Below are positions 50,868-61,482 of a stretch of DNA of 64,000 nt, in pieces. The stretch spans positions 1 to 64,000 of the forward strand of contig JALMLS010000605.1 of NCBI GenBank assembly GCA_038496445.1, in the 5' to 3' direction. Source of the stretch: Trichosphaerium sp. ATCC 40318 (Eukaryota; Protista; Tubulinea). Numbering within the stretch: the stretch's first letter is position 1; every line of letters begins with the position of its first letter. A program made the position numbers and the translations under genes. The notes below the pieces were generated by a model. That model was not told the origin of the DNA, made no database searches, and saw only the letters and a program-made list of their open reading frames with translations.

Positions 50868-51625
50868 ATGGGCTCTCAGTTATCCTCAGAACACGACGCG
50901 ATTGCTAAAAAGGTACTAGTAGCGTTCCCTTTGCGTGTCGTGTTAATAGTGGCTACAGTACTTCAATGACATAGACAAGGATGGCTCCGGCGAAATATCG
51001 CTTCGTGAATTGCGTGTATGTTAACGACAAATTACAATTTAATAAAAGAGGCTAGAGCAACTATTCACAGTTATTATAGGGCGTACTGCGCTTACCAAAA
51101 GCAGAGCTTAAGAAAATAATAATTGAGGTAGACGACGATAAAAATCGAAAGTACGCTGGCCCTGAAACACCTCAATCGTTCCTTCTAATGAAAAATGCTA
51201 AAGGCTGAACTACGAGCAATTCTTACAGGTTTTTGAAAAGAGATTCAAAGGTTTGTTCCAGGATATGGACACGGATGCCTCTGGCAACGTAGATAACCAA
51301 GAATTCGTTGTACGACAGAATTCTTATTTTAAATTATTGTTAAACGCAACACGTGTTTCGTGCACCAAAGAACGAGTTAAAACAAAAGAAGAAACACGTG
51401 CTGTGTTTAAAATCCAGTACTAGAAAGCGCACTAACGAGCTAATAGAAATATGTTGAAGGACTTGGGTTTGCGGACAAGGATGCGATTGCTGCATACCTC
51501 AAAAAAGTCGATGCAAACGGTGACGGCAAAATAAGGTGCGCAGTGTGTTTGCTGTTTCTAGTTTTGATGTATTTTTAAGTTTCATGGAATTTACGTTTGG
51601 TTTGTTGGAGATAGGCGTTTTTTAA
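50868..51625 (+). CDS. Calmodulin-like four-EF-hand protein, N-myristoylation motif
   Basis: MGSQLS start; EF loops DKDGSGEISLRE, DDDKNRKLNYEQ, DTDASGNVDNQE, DANGDGKISFME. Confidence 0.85.
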
Positions 51626-51796
51626 CCTTGTAGCATTATTAAATAAACTTGGTTTTCGCGTTGTTTGTTTTTTTGTGAAGTTCAACAAGGCTTGCTCAAC
51701 GTTTCCGAAAAGCTTGCAGAGAACACACTCTACACTAAAAAATGTTCAGTGAACCGCAACAAGAACACGAATCATTTTTTCAACAAGTTACAAAGC

Positions 51797-51988
51797 ATGA
51801 ACACAACACACTCCTGGATAGAAGCGCTAGCTGAACAACCTCGCGCAAGCTTCGAGAAAAGAGAGGTATCTGCCACGACAAAGCAAAACACTTCGAGAAC
51901 AACTCCATCTAACCCAATGATGAACGCATGGATCGATGCTATGGGTTCAACACATCTACACAAGCCACGCAAGGCGATTGTTTCGTAG
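51797..51988 (+). CDS. 63-aa single-exon orphan microprotein
   Basis: ORF MNTTHSWIEALAE...NAWIDAMGS..IVS* with an internal W-I-[ED]-A repeat; occupies its own intergenic slot. Confidence 0.45.
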   Translation: MNTTHSWIEALAEQPRASFEKREVSATTKQNTSRTTPSNPMMNAWIDAMGSTHLHKPRKAIVS

Positions 51989-52213
51989 GGTTAATGCGTA
52001 AAAAGAATACTGTACATACAACTTGTAAATAAAGAAGAGGTTCTGCAGCAATGTTTACGTTTTTGGATATGTACAAGTATTTTTATTAACAATAGACTAA
52101 ATGATTCATTTTCAGTTTTGGTCTGGACCACGAAGAACAGAACCATATCTCGAGTGTATCTTGGGTAATAACATAGCTATGAACGTTAGAAAATAAGGCA
52201 TGGAGATATGGAG

Positions 52214-55020
52214 TCACTTACTAAGCCTCTTGTTAACAGGTGCTTCTGACTTTTGCTGATACTTGCTTTGTTCCTCCCACAACTTGGAAATGATATATTC
52301 TTTCCAACCCTATGCGAGTCAGTCATTATTAAATCCACGTGTAGATTTTCTTTTTGTTTACCTTATTGTCTAGTTTGGAGAAATCTTTCTCCTCAACAGC
52401 AATGATCAATAAATATTTTGTCAAGTTGAACAGCTCTTTGTCATCATTACGGTTCTTCAGGGCTTCCTTGAACGCCTTTATCCGTAACCCGTTAGTCGGA
52501 TTAACAGCGAAATTGCAGCGTAAATCATCAATCTAAGCGCTCCATGTTAGAAAAAGAACAGACTATTTCATCCCAACAATAGCACGTACGTGTATTGTGT
52601 TTAGTTTCGTGTAAGCACCACCAAACGCATTCCAAATCACAGGTAGTGGCTTGCACGAATATCCCGCAAGTCCTTGAGTTCCAGCCGGAGCAGGTTTGAA
52701 AATATGAAACATGTTCTCCTTGGATAGCACTTGATAAAAAAAAGAAAAGTCAATCAAAACGTCTTAAATATCAATAGTTCTTACCAGCCGTGATCTTATA
52801 CCGCGTACTGCTTAGTAAACCCAAACTCGTCAATTTAGAGTGTATAACCTTGAGTGCAGTCGCTGACCATACAATAATATCATACAACTCATAACAACAC
52901 TCCTAAGAGACCAAATCAATACATAACCTTATGCGAAGAAAGAAAAAAAAAAAGGTACAAAACAAAGACTTGTAACACATCAACTCGACGTACCAAAAAT
53001 TCGTGCAAGTACGGTCGTTGAAATTCTGAGAAATGAAAGTAAGCACATTAAATAACCAAAAAATAAATAGAGTTTAGAGATTTGAACAAATCATGTGTAC
53101 CCTTTGCCATAGTGTCCGAGTGTTTAAATTCAGGTTTTACAACCTCCTTCCATTTGTGGTCAAACAGCGTGTAGTCTATATCCAGTACTAGACAGCACTT
53201 ATTGTCTCTTGGCGCAGCCAACATCTTAAATGCACTTTTTTTCGCCATCTCAACCTTTTCTGCAATGGACTCTTGATTATCAGCCTGCTTTGGAGGTGGC
53301 CTTTTGCCAGGTTTTGGACTTCCTTTTGGCTTGACTCCACTACCTCCTTGCCTTCGCTTAACAGCTGGGGAACTTGCATGTTTTCTGGCAGAAGGTCTGG
53401 TACTTCCATGTCCAGTAGATTGTTTGCGCCTGCCTGCACTGTCTTGCTTCCGTTTACTCAAGGGAGATCTTGGATTATCAACCTTACGCCGTGGGCTTAC
53501 AGCGGACTGTCTTCGCCTAGCCTGTGGACTCGTTGTATTGTTCCTTGCTGATGACTTTCTTGTGGCTTTCCTCATTCTTTGCTTTTTATAGTTTTTCAAT
53601 AGCGTAGCTTGCACCTTTTGTAATTCTGGAACAAAGAATGTCAGAGTTTTGAAAACATGCCAAGAAAAGAACTCTTGATATTACATACCCTGCTTCAAGA
53701 ACACTACTTGAGAATCGTTCTTTTGTTCATGAGCTACATTGAGTTGTACTACAACTTGTAACAGGAGAAGTTCATCAGTTGATATTTGTGGTCGTGGTGA
53801 CGCGCTTTTTTTCTTTTGTTTGTACAATTTTATTTTTTCCAAGATTTTTGGATTAAGTAATTCCGCCATTTCAGCTTCCATCGCAGGAGGCAAGTTCAAC
53901 TAAAACGTGTCAGTTGCGCAAAAACACATAAAAGGAAAGTATAACATTACACAAATGATGAAAAAGAAGATAATGTACCACTAGCTGGCCAGTGACAGGA
54001 TCAAATGATATCCCGCTGACAGATTTACAATTTTCGGGCGCTGACATCTTTGGATCATCAGGGATACCTTGAATCGTCTTGTCCTCTGGTGTAGTTTTTA
54101 TAGGCGTAATGGGTTTTGGAGCCTGATTTTTGCTTGAACTCTTTATTGGCCTGTGGGTTTGGCTTCGTTGTCTTGTCTTTGTTCTACTTGTTGGCCTCGA
54201 TTTCGTAGGTGTACCACCGGCTCTCATGGTTGAAGACACCTTTTTATGCTTGTCACTCCTTTTCCTTGGCATTTCTACGCTATTTGAGCGCGTTATGCGC
54301 GTGCCAGATGATTTTGGTTTGGGCCGTTGTCTACTCGATTTTTCTTTTGGCAGTTTACGCCCTGGTGATGCAGGAGGAGGCGGTGGTGGTAGTCTGCCAG
54401 GTTTCACTTTAAGATTTTTAAAATTGTAGCTGAGTAATGTGATCACGTACGAGATGGTTCGCCTTTGAAGCCTTTTTGAACCTTTGGCGGTGCTGGCTCG
54501 TACTTTGGAGGGCCTGGCCCTTTTTTATTTTCAATTTTTGCTTTGTTCGTTGTTTTTTTCGCTGTGCGCGCTTGATCTCGTGATTGTTTTGGCGTTTTTT
54601 GCTTTTTTGGTGTTTGTTTTTTGGGCGTTTGCTTTGGTGAACCAACTGATCGCCTAGCAAGATGATTTGCACCTCTCTTTGGTACTGCAGGTGGCGCCTT
54701 GCTATTTTTCGTTATTCAAGATATAATTGACCGTAAAACTTTGTACGTTTTAGGTGCCACTTGCACTGATGGTAATGGTCTCGGTATAGTGGTTTCTTTA
54801 GTATCTATTGGAGGTAAAGATGGCAGAGGTCTAGCTAACGAAGAAGCCAACGGTTTAGGAGGCGGTGGAAACGCAGGATTCTAATGTGATACTTTAGTTA
54901 ACGCTTAATAATAAATAAAATGCGCACTGTAATCATTTTTGTGTTCTTTCTATTGTCTCCACCTTACTCACGCATACAGATGCAATTATACGTTGCGTTG
55001 CCACCAAGGGAGTGTTGCAT
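52214..55020 (-). CDS. FCP1/SCP-type (UBLCP1-like) HAD phosphatase with long Pro/basic N-terminus and degenerate CRIB motif (ends uncertain)
   Basis: CLVLDIDYTLFD (DxDxT); RPYLHEFL; YDIIVWSAT; KPLPVIW; IDDLRCNFAVNPTNGLRIKAF; DKELFNLTKYL. Confidence 0.8.
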
Positions 55021-55263
55021 AAAGGGAATTTACAAAATTAGTCAACAAAGCAATAAACTCCGCAAGAACTGGAAAGTGTTCACTGTTCGCTCTAGAATTC
55101 TACTAGTGCACTTTTGGAGGCCTAATACAGCGAAAAAGTTTTTAACTCGTCAAAATCGGGTAAGTGGTGTTAAGGTACTGAGGGGTTTTTTCTTCCTTCC
55201 AATCTTTTCATTAATTTCTAAAATACAACACTTTTATTCATTTTTTTTTTTTGTAAATAATTG

Positions 55264-58200
55264 TCACGTGTATTTTCGCTTTCGCTTCTTAGCGTTAAAC
55301 GCATTAATATCTTGTTTTGTCTCAATTCCACGTGACAATTTACATGCAGTATCGAGATCCATTGCATTAGGTATAGACATAATATAGTCAACAATAACAT
55401 TCACCCTAATGTATCAAGTCAGCAAATATTTGTTTGCAAAGACAAATTGCACAATAAACTTTGACTATTATAGTGTACCTTTTAAATCGAAATGGTGAGT
55501 GTCTAAACAGCATCAAATCTCTGATGGGCTCTGCAAAGGCACGCATGCGTCTAAAGTTGACTATATGCTTTTCTTTGCATTTGACATTAAGGTACACTGG
55601 ATTACCGCTCTCTGCGAAGGTTAGGTCTTGCTGTACTAGACCTTAAAAAGCAGTCAACTCAAGTTAAAGACGAGACGAAGAAGAAAGTCGACATACCAAG
55701 CCAAGGTAGCGCGGGTTGTCCGAGCGTTAAATTCTTAACACGTTCTCTGTATGATTTGAAATTCGTTCCAGCCTCAGAATCACGTGATGCCTGAGATTTT
55801 AAATAAAGAAAAGACTCATAAGATTTCTTTTCTGTCGTTTTATAACACTAACAACAATAATATAAGATGACTGAAGCAACTTTGAACATAACATCAACGT
55901 ACATGCCACGTGAGCGATAGACGAGATACAGCGAAACTCGATAACCCAAATATAATTTCGATAACCGAGCTTAGATTGTTCATATCGAAGCAGTACTAGG
56001 TTCTAACGTTAGATGATAGTATTCAAAACGGGTTAGTTATTTAAATTATATTGATACGTACTTGTGCTATCCTAACTAGCTTTTTTATCATTCTAGCTCG
56101 CCCACCTTTGGTCTGCAGTTTCAAAATTTTAAAGCCAACCCACGAGACTATATTATTAAAGTGATGGGTCATTAGGACCACATTAGGTGCTTTTTCCTTA
56201 TTCTTTAACCAGTTATCTGGATGAAGTAATTCTGACGGATGAATAGCGCTAAAGTTATGTGTAAGACAAAGTTCGACAATAAAAAATAAAAAATAAAATA
56301 ATACCTGTACATAGCATGCTCAATCATTGATAATTGGCGAGCAAATTCTTGTGCACTAAACGAGTCAAAACTAGGTCCTGCAGGTAATATGGAAGGTGGA
56401 AGATCATCTGTACGGCTGCATATAGTGATTCGCTTGTGTTCCTTTAAATGATACAGTTAATACAACACGTGCGTGAATTATATTAGAAATTCGTACTCTT
56501 GCACGTTTCTGCTGTAATGCCTTCTCTAAGGCTTGTGCATACTTTTGGCATCCTTCAGTTATTGATAACTGCTTTATAACCTTATCTAAGCACCTTACAG
56601 TGCCATCACGACGTTCAAAATCGTAGTAATGATTATCTATCCATTGCTTTAGCACTTGGACTACCCTTTATACACAAGTCAGTAAAACTAATATATTATA
56701 ATAATGACAAGATCTCACCTCAACCGAACTACTCTGGTTTGATGGGCTTGCTTCATTGTTGTTGATGCATCCGCTTTTTGCCTCATGAATATTTCGAAAA
56801 TGCGATTAATTAAACCCAAGGGTGTAATGTATGCTCTGTATGTCAACAAGAATGTATCCGTAAAGGTAAACAGTAATCTATCAAGACACTTCTCTCCTGT
56901 AGCATTATCCTTGCACATATACGCTATAAGGCTATCGATACGACCGCCTTTGATTATAATCTGAAAATTTAAAGAAAACTTGACCAAGCCGTCCACCAAC
57001 TTATCCGTTGAAGACGGTTTCTTCGCAGCTTTTGCAATTTCACCAGCACGAAAAGCCAATTCTGGCACTTTTCTAGACTGAGGCGGTGAAAGGCTATTAA
57101 CAGATATAATGCTGATTGGCGAGGTTCGTGGAGATCTTGTTGGGGAATTTGGTGAAGAGGAATGCCGATGGCGCAAGGGAGAAGGTGAGTTACCAGAGAA
57201 AACATCTGCGAAAAGAGGAGACAATGACATCTAACAGAAAAGTGAGTACCCTGAACCCAATTTTGTTCGTTTGTTACCTCATACATATTCACGCCAGCTC
57301 TTTCTTGAACTGCACGCAGTTCAGATTCTGGTTTCTTGAGCCATCTTTTGATTTCTGTACTTAGCTTGAGATACATCTTCTCAAGAACGGCTGCATCTGA
57401 GCCATCTCTCATGTTTGCAATTAAAATACGAGCCTTAAATTAGGTTATATAAATCAAATGTATAATATATAGAACAAGATAAGTACCCCAGAGTTATTAT
57501 CCATTGTTCTTTCAGAAGGAGCCCTGGTGTGGCCACTTTTGTCTACAAGAAAGAAATTAGACTCAACTGTCTGAGTAGGAAAAAACAAAATAAAAAGAGA
57601 TTTACCACGCTTTACATTATCTGGTACAATAACACTGCATCTAGCAAGTGATTTTGCCAAAGCACTGTGAACATATTTAAGTCTAGTGATCGTCCGCGAC
57701 ATTATTTCATGGTCATCAGAAGAGTTTCCTTCAATGTGAACTTTAGACATGTTCAATCGAGATGATTTTCTAGTAGCCTTCATTGGCTTTCTTTTGGAAT
57801 GACGTTGGGCATAATGCACCTTATATGAAAGTAAATAAATAACACTAACACGTAAGTGTATACAACACGTAAGTGTATACAACACGTACTTGGTATGCTT
57901 CTAGCAAGCCCAATATCTCGTCATCCTTGAAATATTTTGCAACATCCAGTGGTGTTTTACCATTACAATCAATCAAACTCTCCAAAGAAATTGAAGAATT
58001 ATGCCTGAAAAAAAAAAATTAACATTGGTGACACGTGAAGGTAATAGTAAACTGTAAAAACTGTCCTGAACTTACCTATTGCGTAATAATCTTAAAATGA
58101 CTACCACGACATCTTGGTGTCCGCCATGTACCGCCAAGTGCAAGGGTGTTATACCGTAGTTGTCTCTAGGCAATATTTGCCATGTTATCAGCGCAAACAA

Positions 58201-59569
58201 TGATTCCAAAGCTTTATCAAATCCAAGCCACGAAAGCGTATGTACAAGTGTTGCTTTGTTTTCATCGACATGGTTGTGATCGATAAGTGGAGCACATCTT
58301 TATTGTAAAAAGGTAAGCCAAAAAACAACATGACAACAATATACGTTTGCGTACAAACTAATAATATCCTCTAATGTCCCATAGCTATCAGTTGGAAAGT
58401 ATTTAACAAGACCATCAAATGTGCTTTTTATGAGAGGCCATAACCGGTTTGGTAGCTTTAAAAATTTTAAAATAGAACTTCTCACTCCTGTTACCAAAAA
58501 AAAAAATTAGCACATGATTAATCTTGTATTGCATAGTCTAGTGCGTACCAAATCTGTAAACAAACTGTGTATGAGATATAACATCTCCAGGCAATAATTT
58601 TAGCGACATGGACATTGTATCAACAAGGTCTTCGACATAAGCAATCCCTGTTTTGAAGTAAGCTAAAAGATAGCAATTGATATGTCAAAAGAAAAAAAAA
58701 TTTCATATGTACCGTGATCTTGTATCTTGGGCACATAGACTACTATTGATTGTTTTTGCATAAAACATTTACATTTGACGTCCGTTTTAACATACGGAGA
58801 CTCAAGCGTGAACCGCACGTGTTTCATTTTCTCTGCCTCTCGTCTTCCAAAAACTGTTACAATCCCTTTACAAGAAGTGAAAGGATTATCCGTAGTGCTT
58901 GGAGAAATACACTGAAACCAACTGGTTTCTTCACTCTTTGAGCCTTTATCTCCACTCCCTTTCAAGCATTCGGACGATGGCGGAATACAATAAGGTCCCT
59001 ACATCCCAACGGTGAACACAAAACGCAGTTGAACTAAGATCTGCGCGTACCCTCCTACCGCGCTGGAAAAACTCCATTGGAAATGTGACATTGCAAGATA
59101 GGTCCCTGAAGCGTAGTGTTATCTTACCATTTGGTTGTTTACCTCCAGACTTGAGTATCTTTTCTTTTCTCTTTAAAAAGATGCCACTCATTTGTGCTTC
59201 AAAGTGAGTGCTGTCTTTTGTTTGACTTTCGCTTGTTATACGAATAGAAGTACATTCAAAGTACCTATTACGTTTTATGTAAACGGCGCAATGTTAGAAA
59301 AAGAACGCACTCTGGCATACGGAATGGCGAGTTTACTACCCTAAAGCTTAACCCAATCGTTTCTGCGTCTTCTCTATCGGTTTCAAGCTTTATGGTGGGA
59401 AGTATCGCGAATGGTTTATTAATGTCAAACTGTAGCGCAAACGCGGTCTTTTTGGGCTTTGTGCGTATACGGCGATCCTCCAAGCCGCTATTTATCTTCA
59501 CCCTTATTTTTTAACTCGTCAATTTACAAAGCATCCTTACAAATCCGCCACGTACTCTGTAACCTTCAT
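55264..59569 (-). CDS. Multidomain RasGEF: beta-rich N-terminal domain, IPT-like region, ankyrin repeats, REM and CDC25 domains
   Basis: DNYGITPLHLAVHGGH, DCNGKTPLDVA; DTFLLTYRAY; VLKQWIDNHYYDF; FARQLSMIE; MNNLSSVIEIIFGL; LPWL..LVQQDLTFAESGNP; VNFRRM. Confidence 0.85.
57847..57888. repeat. 17-bp tandem duplication AACACGTAAGTGTATAC (about 2.5 copies) inside a RasGEF intron
   Basis: Seen directly; it abuts the minus-strand donor at 57889. Confidence 0.85.
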
Positions 59570-59915
59570 ACGTTCAAACCAACGCAAATGTAGCCAGAGT
59601 CAAACGTAAACTAAACTATTAACGTCGGTAATAGCGCTTGAGTACTCTATGGCGTACATTCATCAAGTTGTGGTAATTTATAACGTATTACTACTAGTCA
59701 ACGTAAAAGAATCTGCAAGATTATTTGCCACTAAGTACAGACAAAGTGTAGCAGCTTGTTTTATAGTTGAATGCGAGTTAGCTTAATTATAAAGGAAAAC
59801 TGACATGTTTTTGTAAAAACAGTGCTGAGCTAAGAATACAAAACAAACTCTGTCTTTATTTTCTCTTTTCAAAGGTGACAGCGCTGCAATGATTGACATT
59901 GCGAAAATGTCGTAG

Positions 59916-60636
59916 TTACACTGCTTCTGCAGGTGGCTTTGAAGCCACTGTAACCTCTGTGTCCTCTGTGTCCATTGCATCAACTACTTCTTGTTCTGTG
60001 GTTTTAATTGCGTCAATTGCCGCTTGTTCGTCCTTTTCTTGCTTTTGCTGCAAATCATAAAGTGTGACGCCGGCTTCTTCAGTTCTGATGACCTTGTCTT
60101 GGTACTCCTCAGTGTCCCACACTACACATATGTCACGCAAAATCGAGACATTTCAAAAACGAAAAAAATAAAAAATCTTTTTTCAATGTACCAGCTTGGT
60201 TCTTGACCATTGCGTTTGGATTGGCATAGTTCACCTTTAATACTCTAAAGTAAAGCATAAGCACACATTTAGTTTGTTTTTGGCGCACCTTCCATAAAAT
60301 TCTGCTTGATCGATGTTGTCCCTTGCGTGAAAGGCGTCATCAGCGTCTTCGAATACAACAAAGGCGAATCCACGAGATGTATCTTGATAGTAAAGGCAAC
60401 GATAATTCTAGTGTTAAAATACAAAATAATACGCTCAGGATACTGGTTGCGTGGTCCCTTGGCATTTGTATTTGCGCGAGATCACCAAAAGGCAAAAACA
60501 AACCTCTAACATCTTGTTCTGTTACTGTATCCTCCAAACCACCTAAATATTATGTTAATGGGTAATTAGCTTGTAGTTTTGCGTCCTTGCCTACATAGAG
60601 GGTATTCTTCTTGCTCATGGGCTTGTCGCCGTCCAT
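59916..60636 (-). CDS. PPIE/Cyp33-type RRM protein lacking the cyclophilin domain
   Basis: TLYVGGLEDTV..LFLPFGDL..IQMPRD..SRGFAFVVFE..DNIDQAEFYGRVLKVNYA..VW, then a short acidic tail. Confidence 0.85.
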
Positions 60637-60676
60637 GGTGCTAGAGTGTACTGTGTTTAGGCTTGAGGGATCTGAC

Positions 60677-60713
60677 TAAAAGGCTAAGGAAGGTAAAATG
60701 CCTTAGCCTTTTA
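60677..60713. promoter_or_regulatory. Perfect 13-bp inverted repeat 40 bp upstream of the RRM gene ATG
   Basis: TAAAAGGCTAAGG (60677-60689) and CCTTAGCCTTTTA (60701-60713). The function is inferred only from position. Confidence 0.4.
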
Positions 60714-61203
60714 ACTTTTTACGTTGTTCCATGATCCTCTTGCACTACCTTTCGCAATGTTGCTCGGTCTACAAACGCACGTGTGAACACTCACAACCAA
60801 CAGTCAAATAGTAACAACTTCGGTTAATATTCACTAGTAAGAAGCTGAAGGGTTTTGCAATGCAACTAGGCCGTTTAGTCTCGTAGTAAAACGGGAAGCA
60901 GAACATTATTGACTTTTTATTCTGCCTGTTATTTTCATTAATTTCTATCACGTCCAAGCATTGCATCTAAAGTACCTGGTACGCCTACTTTTTTTATCTA
61001 CTATTTCTCACTCGCGTATTTAGATAATTTGGTGCGTGCTATCTAGTACTACCTAGCGATACTAGCGTAGCATTCTTCAAGTTGAAAATCAGTGCTTTGT
61101 AGCCAGGTACATATATTTCTTGACTTCTTCTTAGGTTACTGGATTGCTCTACGCGCCAAAGTGTACGTATTTCAACCTTTTTACCAAACCTGTTTCTTTA
61201 AAT

Positions 61204-61297
61204 TTGAATGATGAAGAATTGGCTGTGAAAGCGCGGGTGGTATCGGATTGAGGAAGTGTTTTACGGAGCCATGAAAGTACCACCTATGCTGACTCAA
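61204..61297 (+). ncRNA. Candidate box C/D snoRNA-like RNA
   Basis: Box C ATGATGA at 61208-61214, box D CTGA at 61289-61292, terminal TTGA/TCAA stem. It is a GC-richer island inside an apparent intron (GTACGT donor at ~61164, GCTGAC branch-like site at ~61317, AG at ~61340). Confidence 0.6.
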
Positions 61298-61482
61298 TGA
61301 ACATCTAATCCTATTCGCTGACTTTTACGAAAACATCAAGAATTTTTTTCGCAAGTCTAAGACCACGCTCTTACCGACTACATAGGTTTCGATTCTCGCG
61401 AATAGCTTGTCCACAAAACAAACAAAAAAATAAACAAAATATTTATTCCAAAATGTGTTAGTTTCTCGGCTTGTGTATTCAT

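Noticed and set aside
61300-61315. CTAATCCTA as a possible telomerase RNA template near the pseudoknot-capable element
   Set aside because: It does not match CTAACCCTA, lies 3' of the structure and outside the C/D unit, and the host telomere repeat is unknown.
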